From a virus, in the IMG/VR virus record IMGVR_UViG_3300035698_006566: 64,000 bases of DNA; one strand, 5' to 3'. The first letter of the stretch is position 1. Every line of letters starts with the position of its first letter. Positions 32,541-41,790 of the stretch are shown here, in pieces. The position numbers and the translations under genes were made by a program. The notes under the pieces are model-generated. The model was not told the DNA's origin, did no database searches, and saw only the letters and a list, made by a program, of their open reading frames with translations.

Positions 32541-32553
32541 CCCCTTCTTTTTT
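32529..32553 (+). terminator. rho-independent terminator (GAAGGGGG-ATAA-CCCCTTC-T6)
   Basis: hairpin plus TTTTTT then AGTTA. Confidence 0.55.
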
Positions 32554-32555
32554 AG

Positions 32556-33266
32556 TTACAGAGCGGCCATGATGTTGCCTGCTATGTCTCCAGCCGCACC
32601 CTTCATAAGTGGGATTGGGTTGGATGCTACAGGCAGAATGCGTTCGTACTGGATACCTACAGATTCTTGCACAATGGTTCCGTTGGCGTCAGTAGCGATG
32701 GTGTGAGCCGGAATGAAGCAGTCTTCCAGATAGATCGCACCATACGTTTCTTCATCCGTATCCTTGAAGTACAACATGATACCGGTTGGCTGTGAAAACA
32801 GGTCTGACGCCAAGTTCAGATACATGTTCTCGTAGCCTGGGTTGATCTTGACATCGTGAACGGGCACAAATGATGTCTCAATCAATGGGGCAATAGTGGG
32901 GTAAATCTGGTCCCTGTAGTATGCCATCAGCGTCTTGAGAATAGACGGCCCATGGTATAGAACCCTGTTCATACCCAGTTGTCCCGTGGTGCGTCCATGG
33001 ATTGAGAAGGATCGTTCAGACCCAATCTCAAACACCCGGTTGAACGCTTTGGTTTGGCTCAAGTTCCAGTCCTGCACCAACCCTAGTGGGTAGGCAATAT
33101 CAGACATCTTAGCATCACCCAAGTTTGTCTGGCCCACAACTGAGAGTCGTGGAGGACCGGAAGCGATCATCGTGTACTTACCACTGATGTACTTCGCTGC
33201 ACCGGGCTCAGCCACCTCAGGCTGTACATGCCTCTCATAAGGATTCCAGTCGTTAAATCTAGCCAT
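32556..33266 (-). CDS. putative tail tube protein
   Basis: 236 aa, immediately downstream of the sheath-like gene on the same strand. Confidence 0.3.
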   Translation of the reverse strand: MARFNDWNPYERHVQPEVAEPGAAKYISGKYTMIASGPPRLSVVGQTNLGDAKMSDIAYPLGLVQDWNLSQTKAFNRVFEIGSERSFSIHGRTTGQLGMNRVLYHGPSILKTLMAYYRDQIYPTIAPLIETSFVPVHDVKINPGYENMYLNLASDLFSQPTGIMLYFKDTDEETYGAIYLEDCFIPAHTIATDANGTIVQESVGIQYERILPVASNPIPLMKGAAGDIAGNIMAAL

Positions 33267-33287
33267 GTTCCGGCTCCTCCATCTCTC

Positions 33288-36200
33288 TTAGATGTAGATT
33301 GTGATGTCGATGTAGTTGCATGGGTAAAGAGGCTCTACGTCCACGTCTACTTCCAGTGTATCAGGTGCGTCCTCAGACTGCCTGATCTCTGTTAGTACCG
33401 CGTGCTTCACCACTTGATCCTGGACCATCTTATCCAGAACACCCGTTATCGCCGCACTCACACCGTCAATGAATATTTCCGTAATATTGGATGTCCCAAT
33501 GTAACTCTTGAGGCTTACCCTGAGAGTTTTGGACACGAAATCCACGGCCTTGGTGATGGATAGCTCTCTAGTTTCAATAGAGGCGACATTCGTTGACAGT
33601 TGATGGAACGAAGTCAGTGGGGCTCCATCCCCTTCCTGAGTTATCGAGTACACACCACCGGCAGACATGACTTCCAGTTGTGATTCCTTGAACAGCTCAT
33701 TGGAACCTTGGACACCGGAGAATCCTACCATTGGGTAGTTTGTAAAGCCTTGAGCAGGTAGTTGCTGTCCTACCATGCCGCAGACTGCTGCCGCTGCGTA
33801 GTATCCAGGAAGAACTTCCTCAATCCCACTTCCTCCAGCACTGGATACGAAGTCTTCTGGGAAGATGTAGAAGAATCTCTTGGATCCGTACACTTGAGCT
33901 GCACCTTGTACTGTGAGGGCGATCCTGTCCAGATCAAGTCTTGCAGGGCTACTGCCCGGTACAGTAAGTGCGGCACCTCTAACCTTCAGAGACCAGTCAG
34001 CGTTTAGTACGACTGCATCGAATGTGTCAATGTCGTAGAAGCTATCGGCATTATCCTCATCAGCGAACTGAGTATTGAATACAGCCAAGCTTCCATTGAC
34101 AGCTTGCAGGTTGTAACGCTTGAGTGTCCCAGCTTCTTCAAACTCTAGGTAGACTCCATCATCGACAGACAGATCCTCGGTTGGGTCAACGCCCAGTGCA
34201 ATGAGTCCCGCAGATGGATCCTCGTCCAAGTTAATCTGGTTGTCAGTGCCGGTGCTGTTAGCACTCAGGCCACTGGAAGCTACTTCTGAGTTCTCCTTGG
34301 TTGGGAACACCGCGTTAACAAATGCGATACGCTCACCCTTCAGTTCTGGCTCACTCATCGCTTCAACGTGGGCCTTCAGAGCTTGATGTACCTCGACCGT
34401 GTGGGTCAGAGGGGTCATGGCGTACACTTCCTTACCTTCCAGGAAGTCCAATGCTCTTGCATACGCTGCCACAGTACCTTCTGTTTGAGCAGCACTCACG
34501 TCGTCAACGCCTAGTCCGGACACTTGGCTTACCGGCGAGTTCAACATGGCCATGTAAATACCCAGGGCCAATGGGTTGTCGCTGTTGATAGGACCAAGCA
34601 CAGATTCCAGTGTTTGCACATCGTCGAAGATAAGCAGGTCTGGCCTTTCTGCGGCTAGAGCTGATACATCCAACCTGAGACCCCTGTATTGGATGTAGGC
34701 AGGTGCCGTTACCCAAGTAGGTAGTCCACGGATGGTGTTATAGATAATGTTCGGGCCAAAGTTAGCCCCGTAGAACGCTGTGTCTACATAGAAGTTCGGG
34801 TTAGGTCTGCCAACCCCAGTGTCCATGTAAGAGCCGGATCCTGCGTACCCAAATGCTAGGCATAATGCCCACAGATCGGTACCACCAGCCCATGCCATCA
34901 TGGATGGCCAGCCCTTGGACCATGAAGTGAAGGTCAGAACCTCAGAACTGTAGGAAGCAATGGTGTACCCGAAGTGCTCGTTAATCACGGACACTACATC
35001 CCCAACGTTACCGCCGTCCAGAATGACCTCAAACTTACGAGGGAACCAGTCCATCATGAGCTGCATGGTCTTGCCAACCAACTCAACGCCTACAGCGGCT
35101 TTGTAGTTAGTTTCTGGGTCATCATAAGGAGCTACCTCTGATGGGTAGGTGAATGTGTCTGAATCTATACCGGCTGCCTCAGGGGCATCCCAGGCGGAAC
35201 CACCGGTAAATGGGGTCTCACCTTGGTATACAGACAGAGCAGCTCCGGCACCGGCGTCTACTGTGCGTAGAACTACCGCTTCCAACACATCGTTGTATTC
35301 GATAACAACCATGCGGTTACCATTTGAATCAGACAGATCCTCAGCATGGTAGGTGTTGACCTCATCCCAAAAGTCAGCGACCGTTAGATACGATGTTGAG
35401 GGTACCGCATCGTGAGTACCGATGGTAAGGGTCAACCTTACAGGCTCTGCCGGATCTGGCGCATGGAAGTCGTTGACAAACAGCTCAAGCTCATTTAGTT
35501 GCAATTGATCTTGCGACAACGTTGTCAGGGTAGTCACGTCCATGAGCACTGCGGGCAGTGCCACCTTAGGATCTTGTCCTACTGCTGTGTCATCTTCGTA
35601 CCCGTCTAGACCAAGTGCTTCCAGCCCGGTTCCACCAACGATGGCTACACCATTGTCTTCACCGGAGTCAGCAGCATACACGATCAACTTATCGGCGTTA
35701 CTACCGAATGCTAGGTCATCAAACCCAGCGGTATCTGAACCGAGCAGAGAGATCATCTCTGCCATGTTTGTCACTTCACCTGTGAAGGTGTAGGTCACTG
35801 CGTCTTCCCATTCACTATCTACCTTGGCTTGCAGAGTAACTGTAAGTCCACCCGCCGCCAATGGGAAAGTGATATCTTCACTTACAAACTGTGCAGTGAA
35901 CGCTGGGGAAACGTACCCTGGGTAATCTACAGAAGCTGCCTCGTTAGAGTCGTCTGTGGTGTAGAAGTCCAAGTCTGCCGCTTCGCCGTACCATTTGGTG
36001 GGGGCAAACGGAGTTGTATGGTACAGGGTGTTAACCTCAGACGGGTTGTACACCTTGGTAGTTGCGTTTCCATCGTCATCATATGTACTGAGTATTGGGT
36101 CCACAGTTCCGAGCTTAGCCCTACGGCCAGTGGCATCGAATTTCATGATCTCAGCATCATTGAGCTGAGCACCAAGTACAAACAACTTGTCCCCAACTTC

Positions 36201-37277
36201 AAAGATCTCGTCCCCAGTTAGGGAGTCGGCCTGGAAGTTGAAGAAGTCATCATACATTTCGGAACCGGACATCTCATTCCACACCGCGTCTCCAGTGGAG
36301 TCGGTGGTCCAGGTACTTCCATTGTATGTGGTGTTGCCGACAATGAACTCAAGTTCGTCATCAGTGTAGTACATGTACATAGGCACGTTAGTACCCGTGT
36401 CAAACTCTAGGTCATCGGAGTCAATGGCGGTGCCATCAAGGATGAAGGACATTCCCTTAATTTCTAACCATGGGGTCAGTAGGTCGCCATCATTGTCATC
36501 ATACCCGCAAAGGCCAGCGCCAGTGACGCGGACTTCGTATGATTCTACGTCTTCCTCGTCCGTAATCTGGCCAAGTCCCAGTACACTATTGGCACTACCC
36601 CCAGCTCTAACAGTAACGCTGGACAGGGCACCTTGTGTTCTGGACTTAAGGAGTACGTGTTCTTCACCTGTAGTGGGGTGAATATATACTTCTGCGACCT
36701 CTACACCGTAGGTTTCGTTGATCTCGTCAACTACTTCCTCTGCGGTCCAGTCAGTGTCTTTGGCATCAAACTGGATGATAACATCAGATGTGGTGTCCAC
36801 CCTTGATGCATTGTCTAGCTGGATAACCAGGGTCTTGTCATGGAGATCGTAGAATCCGGATCCTTCCGGTGATTCAGGCCCATCGGAATAACCAGAGAGC
36901 AGACCAACCTTGGTGGTCGTATTTCTGTGGAAGTGAACACCAAACAGTCTTGCCTTACCCGGGTCCCTGTCTAAAGGAACAAGCTCTTGGTTTTGAAGCA
37001 AGAAAGCTCTGATTTCCTCTTGGAGAGCACTGATGTTTACTTCATCAATGTTTCCTCTTGGGGATGGGAATGATGATTGGTCAACCATCAGTGGAGCTTG
37101 CTTATAAGTCTCCGCTAAAGCATCACTGTTTACTGCTCCTGTTGCATCAGTAGCCTCGACGATTTCATACGCCGGTCCCACGATGCAAGGCATCAATGTA
37201 GGGGTCAGGATAGTAGGGGAATTCGAGCGAATTGTCTGCCTTACAGTAACCCCTGGTCTTGACAATGAAGTTGCCAT
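33288..37277 (-). CDS. giant tail-sheath-like protein (1329 aa)
   Basis: C-terminal ...VASIETRELSITKAVDFV...DTLEVDVDVEPLYPCNYIDITIYI resembles the conserved sheath C-terminal domain. Confidence 0.45.
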   Translation of the reverse strand: MATSLSRPGVTVRQTIRSNSPTILTPTLMPCIVGPAYEIVEATDATGAVNSDALAETYKQAPLMVDQSSFPSPRGNIDEVNISALQEEIRAFLLQNQELVPLDRDPGKARLFGVHFHRNTTTKVGLLSGYSDGPESPEGSGFYDLHDKTLVIQLDNASRVDTTSDVIIQFDAKDTDWTAEEVVDEINETYGVEVAEVYIHPTTGEEHVLLKSRTQGALSSVTVRAGGSANSVLGLGQITDEEDVESYEVRVTGAGLCGYDDNDGDLLTPWLEIKGMSFILDGTAIDSDDLEFDTGTNVPMYMYYTDDELEFIVGNTTYNGSTWTTDSTGDAVWNEMSGSEMYDDFFNFQADSLTGDEIFEVGDKLFVLGAQLNDAEIMKFDATGRRAKLGTVDPILSTYDDDGNATTKVYNPSEVNTLYHTTPFAPTKWYGEAADLDFYTTDDSNEAASVDYPGYVSPAFTAQFVSEDITFPLAAGGLTVTLQAKVDSEWEDAVTYTFTGEVTNMAEMISLLGSDTAGFDDLAFGSNADKLIVYAADSGEDNGVAIVGGTGLEALGLDGYEDDTAVGQDPKVALPAVLMDVTTLTTLSQDQLQLNELELFVNDFHAPDPAEPVRLTLTIGTHDAVPSTSYLTVADFWDEVNTYHAEDLSDSNGNRMVVIEYNDVLEAVVLRTVDAGAGAALSVYQGETPFTGGSAWDAPEAAGIDSDTFTYPSEVAPYDDPETNYKAAVGVELVGKTMQLMMDWFPRKFEVILDGGNVGDVVSVINEHFGYTIASYSSEVLTFTSWSKGWPSMMAWAGGTDLWALCLAFGYAGSGSYMDTGVGRPNPNFYVDTAFYGANFGPNIIYNTIRGLPTWVTAPAYIQYRGLRLDVSALAAERPDLLIFDDVQTLESVLGPINSDNPLALGIYMAMLNSPVSQVSGLGVDDVSAAQTEGTVAAYARALDFLEGKEVYAMTPLTHTVEVHQALKAHVEAMSEPELKGERIAFVNAVFPTKENSEVASSGLSANSTGTDNQINLDEDPSAGLIALGVDPTEDLSVDDGVYLEFEEAGTLKRYNLQAVNGSLAVFNTQFADEDNADSFYDIDTFDAVVLNADWSLKVRGAALTVPGSSPARLDLDRIALTVQGAAQVYGSKRFFYIFPEDFVSSAGGSGIEEVLPGYYAAAAVCGMVGQQLPAQGFTNYPMVGFSGVQGSNELFKESQLEVMSAGGVYSITQEGDGAPLTSFHQLSTNVASIETRELSITKAVDFVSKTLRVSLKSYIGTSNITEIFIDGVSAAITGVLDKMVQDQVVKHAVLTEIRQSEDAPDTLEVDVDVEPLYPCNYIDITIYI

Positions 37278-37294
37278 ACTTTGTGTCCTCCGCG

Positions 37295-37954
37295 TTAGTC
37301 CTTGCCTGCTTGGGTGGTTTGTGTAATCTCCCCACCTACTTGGGCGTGGGCCTTAATAGCTTTCAGTGTATGGTAGCCGACCTTCTCTGCTTTCCACAAG
37401 TGCTGGATGACAAATGGTGATTGCACTACGACATCAGTTATTTCATCAGCACCGTCACCACTTACTATTTCCCCTGGGTCTGTGGGTGATCCTAGTACCA
37501 TCTCTTCTCCTACTCTATGCATACCCTTTTTCTGTAATGGCCTTTTGTACATACGTGTACTGAGGTATACAATGGATCCTATCCTACTCGCTTCATCCGG
37601 TGTAGAAGATAAGCAGTGTATGATAGCAGCACATGAACTCAGATCTGAATGCACTCTGCTACCAGTTTTGAAATTGGTATGGACCATGTTATCAAGAGAT
37701 AAGTTGGCAAATTGAGCAGGAGTTCTTTGAACAATTATTGCCCTGCCTTTATCAACAACATCCATGGCCTTAACCGGTGAAGCCCCAGTGATTATTATCT
37801 CTGAGGTCTCAGCATTATCATTCCACCTACCAAACCCTTCGGTACAATGGCTAAACAACCACTTATAGAAAGATATCAAGTTGTTGGTAGCTATCTTAAA
37901 TGGGTCATACCTCCAGTCGGGTAGGTATGGGCTATCTGTGACTTTAGCTGCCAC
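37295..37954 (-). CDS. hypothetical structural-module protein
   Basis: ORF track 219 aa. Confidence 0.45.
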   Translation of the reverse strand: MAAKVTDSPYLPDWRYDPFKIATNNLISFYKWLFSHCTEGFGRWNDNAETSEIIITGASPVKAMDVVDKGRAIIVQRTPAQFANLSLDNMVHTNFKTGSRVHSDLSSCAAIIHCLSSTPDEASRIGSIVYLSTRMYKRPLQKKGMHRVGEEMVLGSPTDPGEIVSGDGADEITDVVVQSPFVIQHLWKAEKVGYHTLKAIKAHAQVGGEITQTTQAGKD

Positions 37955-38333
37955 TTAGTTTGTCTTTCTCTTTAGATATGGAATCGCTATACACTTTGTC
38001 TCTTTCAGCAGAGTGTAGAGCTGTTGCTGCCCCACCTAGCCCACCAGCCAGCATTGGAATAAGCTTCAAGTACTTGGCTTTGGAAGACCTAGGCATACTG
38101 TACATGACATCATCAAGCCTCTTAGAACTCTCTCGTAGGGCCCCAAGGCCTTTTCTAGCTAACCAACCAGTTCCATACCCAGCACCAGCCCCTACGCCTG
38201 TGGCAGCTAGTACCTTGGGTAACGCCTTAAGTCGGCCTCTGTTCTCTGCCTTCCTATCTTCAGGAGACATAGAATCCTCGGCAATCTTGATTAGCTCTTG
38301 CTCCCGCAAGAATGATTGTGCGATAGGTTCCAT
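37944..38333 (-). CDS. hypothetical Gly-rich protein
   Basis: ORF track 129 aa. Confidence 0.4.
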   Translation of the reverse strand: MEPIAQSFLREQELIKIAEDSMSPEDRKAENRGRLKALPKVLAATGVGAGAGYGTGWLARKGLGALRESSKRLDDVMYSMPRSSKAKYLKLIPMLAGGLGGAATALHSAERDKVYSDSISKEKDKLSGS

Positions 38334-39202
38334 TAACTACTCCCAAATGCTCTAAATATAGAATCCCTGGATGGCCAGTTCGGTTCTAGTTGCTGTGGAT
38401 TAGTGTATTCCCTTTCCGGTGAAGGATCAAAGGATAATACGTCTACATGTACAGGTAGTTTATAAGTTATGTGGGTGGAGGGCAATAGTCCCATAGATAG
38501 TTCTTGATGAACATTGGCCCTCAACCTCTCTGTGCCCGTGACGCCCTTAACTTTCCACCTCTTGTTATCCGCCTCTATGATTATATCATTGGGCTTAACT
38601 GTGGGGAATGATGGCATACGGGCTGTGGCTAGTACCGCTTGTACTTTCTTAATAACGGTATCCACGTCCTTCTTTAAGTTAGGATCTATCTGTATTAGTA
38701 TCTCTAGCGGCTTTAGGTAACCACCGACCCACCCAGTGTCAAAGCATGTCTTACACTTCGATACAGTCCTGGTTTCGCTAATAGGGTCTACGCAATGACA
38801 CCGTTGTCCAAATGTCTTAGCTGGGTACATTATAGCCTTGCGGCCATTGTGCTCTTTGAATGTAATGTACTCAACCCGCCGCATCTCAATAGCATCGAGT
38901 GGTGCCTCAGCCTCACGGGAAGCAGGGTCTGACAGTACTTCCGTGGTAGTAGACCTTTGGATGGTCTTGATAACGTAGTGGTACTGTCTCCACTTGTTAT
39001 GTGCCTTTACCGAAGTGTCTCTGAAATGGTATCCATCAACTATAGGCCCAGCTATGGCATCCCAAGGACCCCCAACGGATTCAGAACGGAGAACATAGAA
39101 CTCGTAATCCCGCACATCGTCTGTAGTGGGGGCTATTTCCCAGAACAGATCTAAGTAGTCGGTATCGAACGACACCACTTTTATGTTGCGGACACTTAAC
39201 AC
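38333..39202 (-). CDS. hypothetical structural protein
   Basis: ORF track 289 aa; start overlaps upstream stop. Confidence 0.5.
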   Translation of the reverse strand: MLSVRNIKVVSFDTDYLDLFWEIAPTTDDVRDYEFYVLRSESVGGPWDAIAGPIVDGYHFRDTSVKAHNKWRQYHYVIKTIQRSTTTEVLSDPASREAEAPLDAIEMRRVEYITFKEHNGRKAIMYPAKTFGQRCHCVDPISETRTVSKCKTCFDTGWVGGYLKPLEILIQIDPNLKKDVDTVIKKVQAVLATARMPSFPTVKPNDIIIEADNKRWKVKGVTGTERLRANVHQELSMGLLPSTHITYKLPVHVDVLSFDPSPEREYTNPQQLEPNWPSRDSIFRAFGSS

Positions 39203-39465
39203 TACACCCTCAGTGCCTTGTTAGTTTGGAACTTAGCTTGTGGTGTGGCCATGGTCTTGCCACCTTTAAGCTTGAAAGCGCCTCTAGCTATATCATTGCC
39301 CATTGATTTACGTACCATCCCCGCTAGTCCTGCGGGCTTAGATGCTGTAGCCCCTAAAGACGTTTTGATAGCGTGCCTAGAGGGAGACATGAACTTGGGT
39401 AACATCCTACCCGCACTTGCGATATTGGCTAGTGCCACCTTTTGAATACTGCTTAGCTTAACCAT
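39202..39465 (-). CDS. MIKLSSL-family small basic protein
   Basis: internal ATG gives MVKLSSIQKVALANIA; AAGGGGC RBS; overlaps upstream stop by 8 nt (ATGGTTAA). Confidence 0.55.
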   Translation of the reverse strand: MVKLSSIQKVALANIASAGRMLPKFMSPSRHAIKTSLGATASKPAGLAGMVRKSMGNDIARGAFKLKGGKTMATPQAKFQTNKALRV

Positions 39466-39754
39466 TGGTAAGCCCCTTAATTCTGTCACGGAACTTCTTG
39501 CCTTTACCCTTCTTGGGGGTGAAGTTGTTCCGCATTCTTTTGCCTATTGAAGTGGCTTTCCTACTTAGTGTCCCGGGTAGGGTATGAACGGTCTCCCCTA
39601 ACCCAGCCATCTTCTGTTGTGCTGCCTGAGTCTTCCCTGCCAAGCTCCTTTGAACTGTGTGCAGAAATTCAGCTTCGGTGCAGGCCCTCTCCATAGTCTT
39701 AGACATGGCAGTAGGGTCTCCCGCTATTTTATGTAATGAACTGAGCTTTACCAC
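39458..39754 (-). CDS. MIKLSSL-family small basic protein
   Basis: MVKLSSLHKIAGDP...; overlaps upstream stop. Confidence 0.55.
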   Translation of the reverse strand: MVKLSSLHKIAGDPTAMSKTMERACTEAEFLHTVQRSLAGKTQAAQQKMAGLGETVHTLPGTLSRKATSIGKRMRNNFTPKKGKGKKFRDRIKGLTNG

Positions 39755-40437
39755 TTGCCCCCCTTGTCACGCATCGCGTTGGCAAACCCGCCTTTAGGGG
39801 ATCCACCCGGAGCTCCGTGCATTACGGCGGCCCCAGCATTACGTAGTTGGTTAAACAGCCCTGGGTTATTACCTTGACCCATCACTGTGTTCTTACCTGT
39901 GTTCCACAGATTACCAACTTCCCTAACAGAGTCGGATGTTAGTCGTTTCAGCCCAAAAGCTCTACCCGCTGCGTTCCTAGTTAACGGATTGAACAGCCCC
40001 TTTATGCCGTGCTCCTGTACCTGCTTACCCGCGTAACCTATTATACCGGGTAGATCTTGTGCAAACCTACCGTACTGCTCAACCGTGCCTTTAGCATTCA
40101 TAGCTAGGTTCTCAGTTCTACCTGCTACGTTGGTGGCCGTACCCAAGTTGGCTCCAATCCCTCTACCCATCTGGTGAAGGCCCTTGTTCTTAGCAGTTCT
40201 GGACAGCAATCTCTCTCTGGTCTTCAACCCACTCATTAGGTCAGGGGCCCTGAGCCAGTTCATAGCTCTAGACACACCTTTGGAGGAGGTCATACCAGTA
40301 GGGTCATGAGCTAGCACTCCAGAGTAAATATCTGTTGCTCTCCTGGCTTTGTCTCCGCCAGCTCCGAGTAGTTTCATAGCCCCACGTTCCAGCCAAGCTC
40401 GGTTAGCAGCTTTCTCTAGTGAGCTCATCTTAATCAT
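39748..40437 (-). CDS. MIKLSSL-family protein
   Basis: start MIKMSSLEKAANRAW at internal ATG; GGAGGTGG RBS; ATGATTAA overlap with the stop of ORF 40430..41779. Confidence 0.55.
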   Translation of the reverse strand: MIKMSSLEKAANRAWLERGAMKLLGAGGDKARRATDIYSGVLAHDPTGMTSSKGVSRAMNWLRAPDLMSGLKTRERLLSRTAKNKGLHQMGRGIGANLGTATNVAGRTENLAMNAKGTVEQYGRFAQDLPGIIGYAGKQVQEHGIKGLFNPLTRNAAGRAFGLKRLTSDSVREVGNLWNTGKNTVMGQGNNPGLFNQLRNAGAAVMHGAPGGSPKGGFANAMRDKGGKW

Positions 40438-41779
40438 GTCCACCTCCTGTATGCACTCTGCCACGACCGCCTGTGTAAGTACCGGTTGGGTTTGTAATCT
40501 TAGGTCTTGGTGCCGGTTTGCCAGCTAACTCTTCATACACTTTGATGCGGTCTCCCGCCTCACTGTTCTGCTTAGCAGAAGTCCTACTCCAGTTACGGAG
40601 TTCAGGATTTTCATCATAGAACTTAACTGAACCCCTACCCCTTGAGAACTCATCCTGGGTAGCAGTTAGCCCTGGTTTAACTTCCCTAACCAAAGCCATG
40701 TGCTCACCTTTCGGCTGTATCCCCTCCGCCTTCATATCCTTGATCTTCTTGAGCTGCAACGCTCTATCTTCTGCAATCCAAGGAGGCTCTACACCGTGTT
40801 TAGGAGCAGGCTTAGGGAAGTCGCCTTTCCTACTAGCCCAGTACTCAGGTTTACCCGTAGCCTTGTTAACCCTGGCCACGTCAACCTTTCCAACCGGCCT
40901 GGAGTATTTCTCACTCTTATAAGCCCCGGGGTATGAGCTTTCCAAGTCTTTTGCTTGTCTCTCTAAGAACTTAGCTCTACCTGGGTCAGAAGACTCAGCG
41001 GCACGCCTCATCCTATTAACAGTCTGCTTAGCTTCAACAGGGGCCATGCCCTTGATAGCCTTTAGGTCAGCAGTGCTGGGGCGTCCTCCCATTAACCTAC
41101 TTAGGAATCCTAGTCGTGACCCGGGCTGCTCATTACTTTTCAAAGACTTTAGTGCACTCATGTAGAAGTGCGGCTCTGTCCTACTAATAGGATCTCTGCC
41201 CCTACTCTTCTTAAGTACCTCTTTACCCAACGCCGCAGACAGTAAAATGGCAGTACCGGCAGCACCAGCAAACCCTATCTTCTTGTCTTTACGGTCTTGC
41301 TTCTGTAACTTACGGTATCCTTGACCCTCAGCATTGACTCTCTGCTTGAACTCAGAGGCTCGTCCTAATGCCTTAGCCTTCATTTTACGTATAAGCCTGA
41401 TTGGGGCTGAGACTTTAGCTGCATACTTTGCCAAAGCTTCCTCATCTCTAGTAGCTCTGTGAGCAGCATACAAGATACCATCATCACTGCCCGCTTTAAC
41501 CAGTCTAGCCACTTGGGTTCCTGCGAGGAACGCGGGGACGGAGGCCAGCATTGCCGTGCCCACCGGATGCTCCGTAGCCTCCTCCGCGCCCTCATGGATC
41601 TTTTGGGTTAGTCCTTCACCGAACTTCCCTTTACGGGAATCGGCTAGGTTACCAGTAACCCGTCCCCCAATGGATCGGCCCTCGTCTCCCCTGGGTTTAC
41701 TAAGCTGGTACTCCCCTAATGCGGCAGCAACAGCTATTCCAACCGGGATGGCAATTCGTTTATCTAGTTTAGGTACCAC
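40430..41779 (-). CDS. basic low-complexity protein (internal virion/ejection-protein-like)
   Basis: 449 aa rich in K/R/G/A; structural module. Confidence 0.5.
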   Translation of the reverse strand: MVPKLDKRIAIPVGIAVAAALGEYQLSKPRGDEGRSIGGRVTGNLADSRKGKFGEGLTQKIHEGAEEATEHPVGTAMLASVPAFLAGTQVARLVKAGSDDGILYAAHRATRDEEALAKYAAKVSAPIRLIRKMKAKALGRASEFKQRVNAEGQGYRKLQKQDRKDKKIGFAGAAGTAILLSAALGKEVLKKSRGRDPISRTEPHFYMSALKSLKSNEQPGSRLGFLSRLMGGRPSTADLKAIKGMAPVEAKQTVNRMRRAAESSDPGRAKFLERQAKDLESSYPGAYKSEKYSRPVGKVDVARVNKATGKPEYWASRKGDFPKPAPKHGVEPPWIAEDRALQLKKIKDMKAEGIQPKGEHMALVREVKPGLTATQDEFSRGRGSVKFYDENPELRNWSRTSAKQNSEAGDRIKVYEELAGKPAPRPKITNPTGTYTGGRGRVHTGGGHD

Positions 41780-41790
41780 AGATCTTTATC

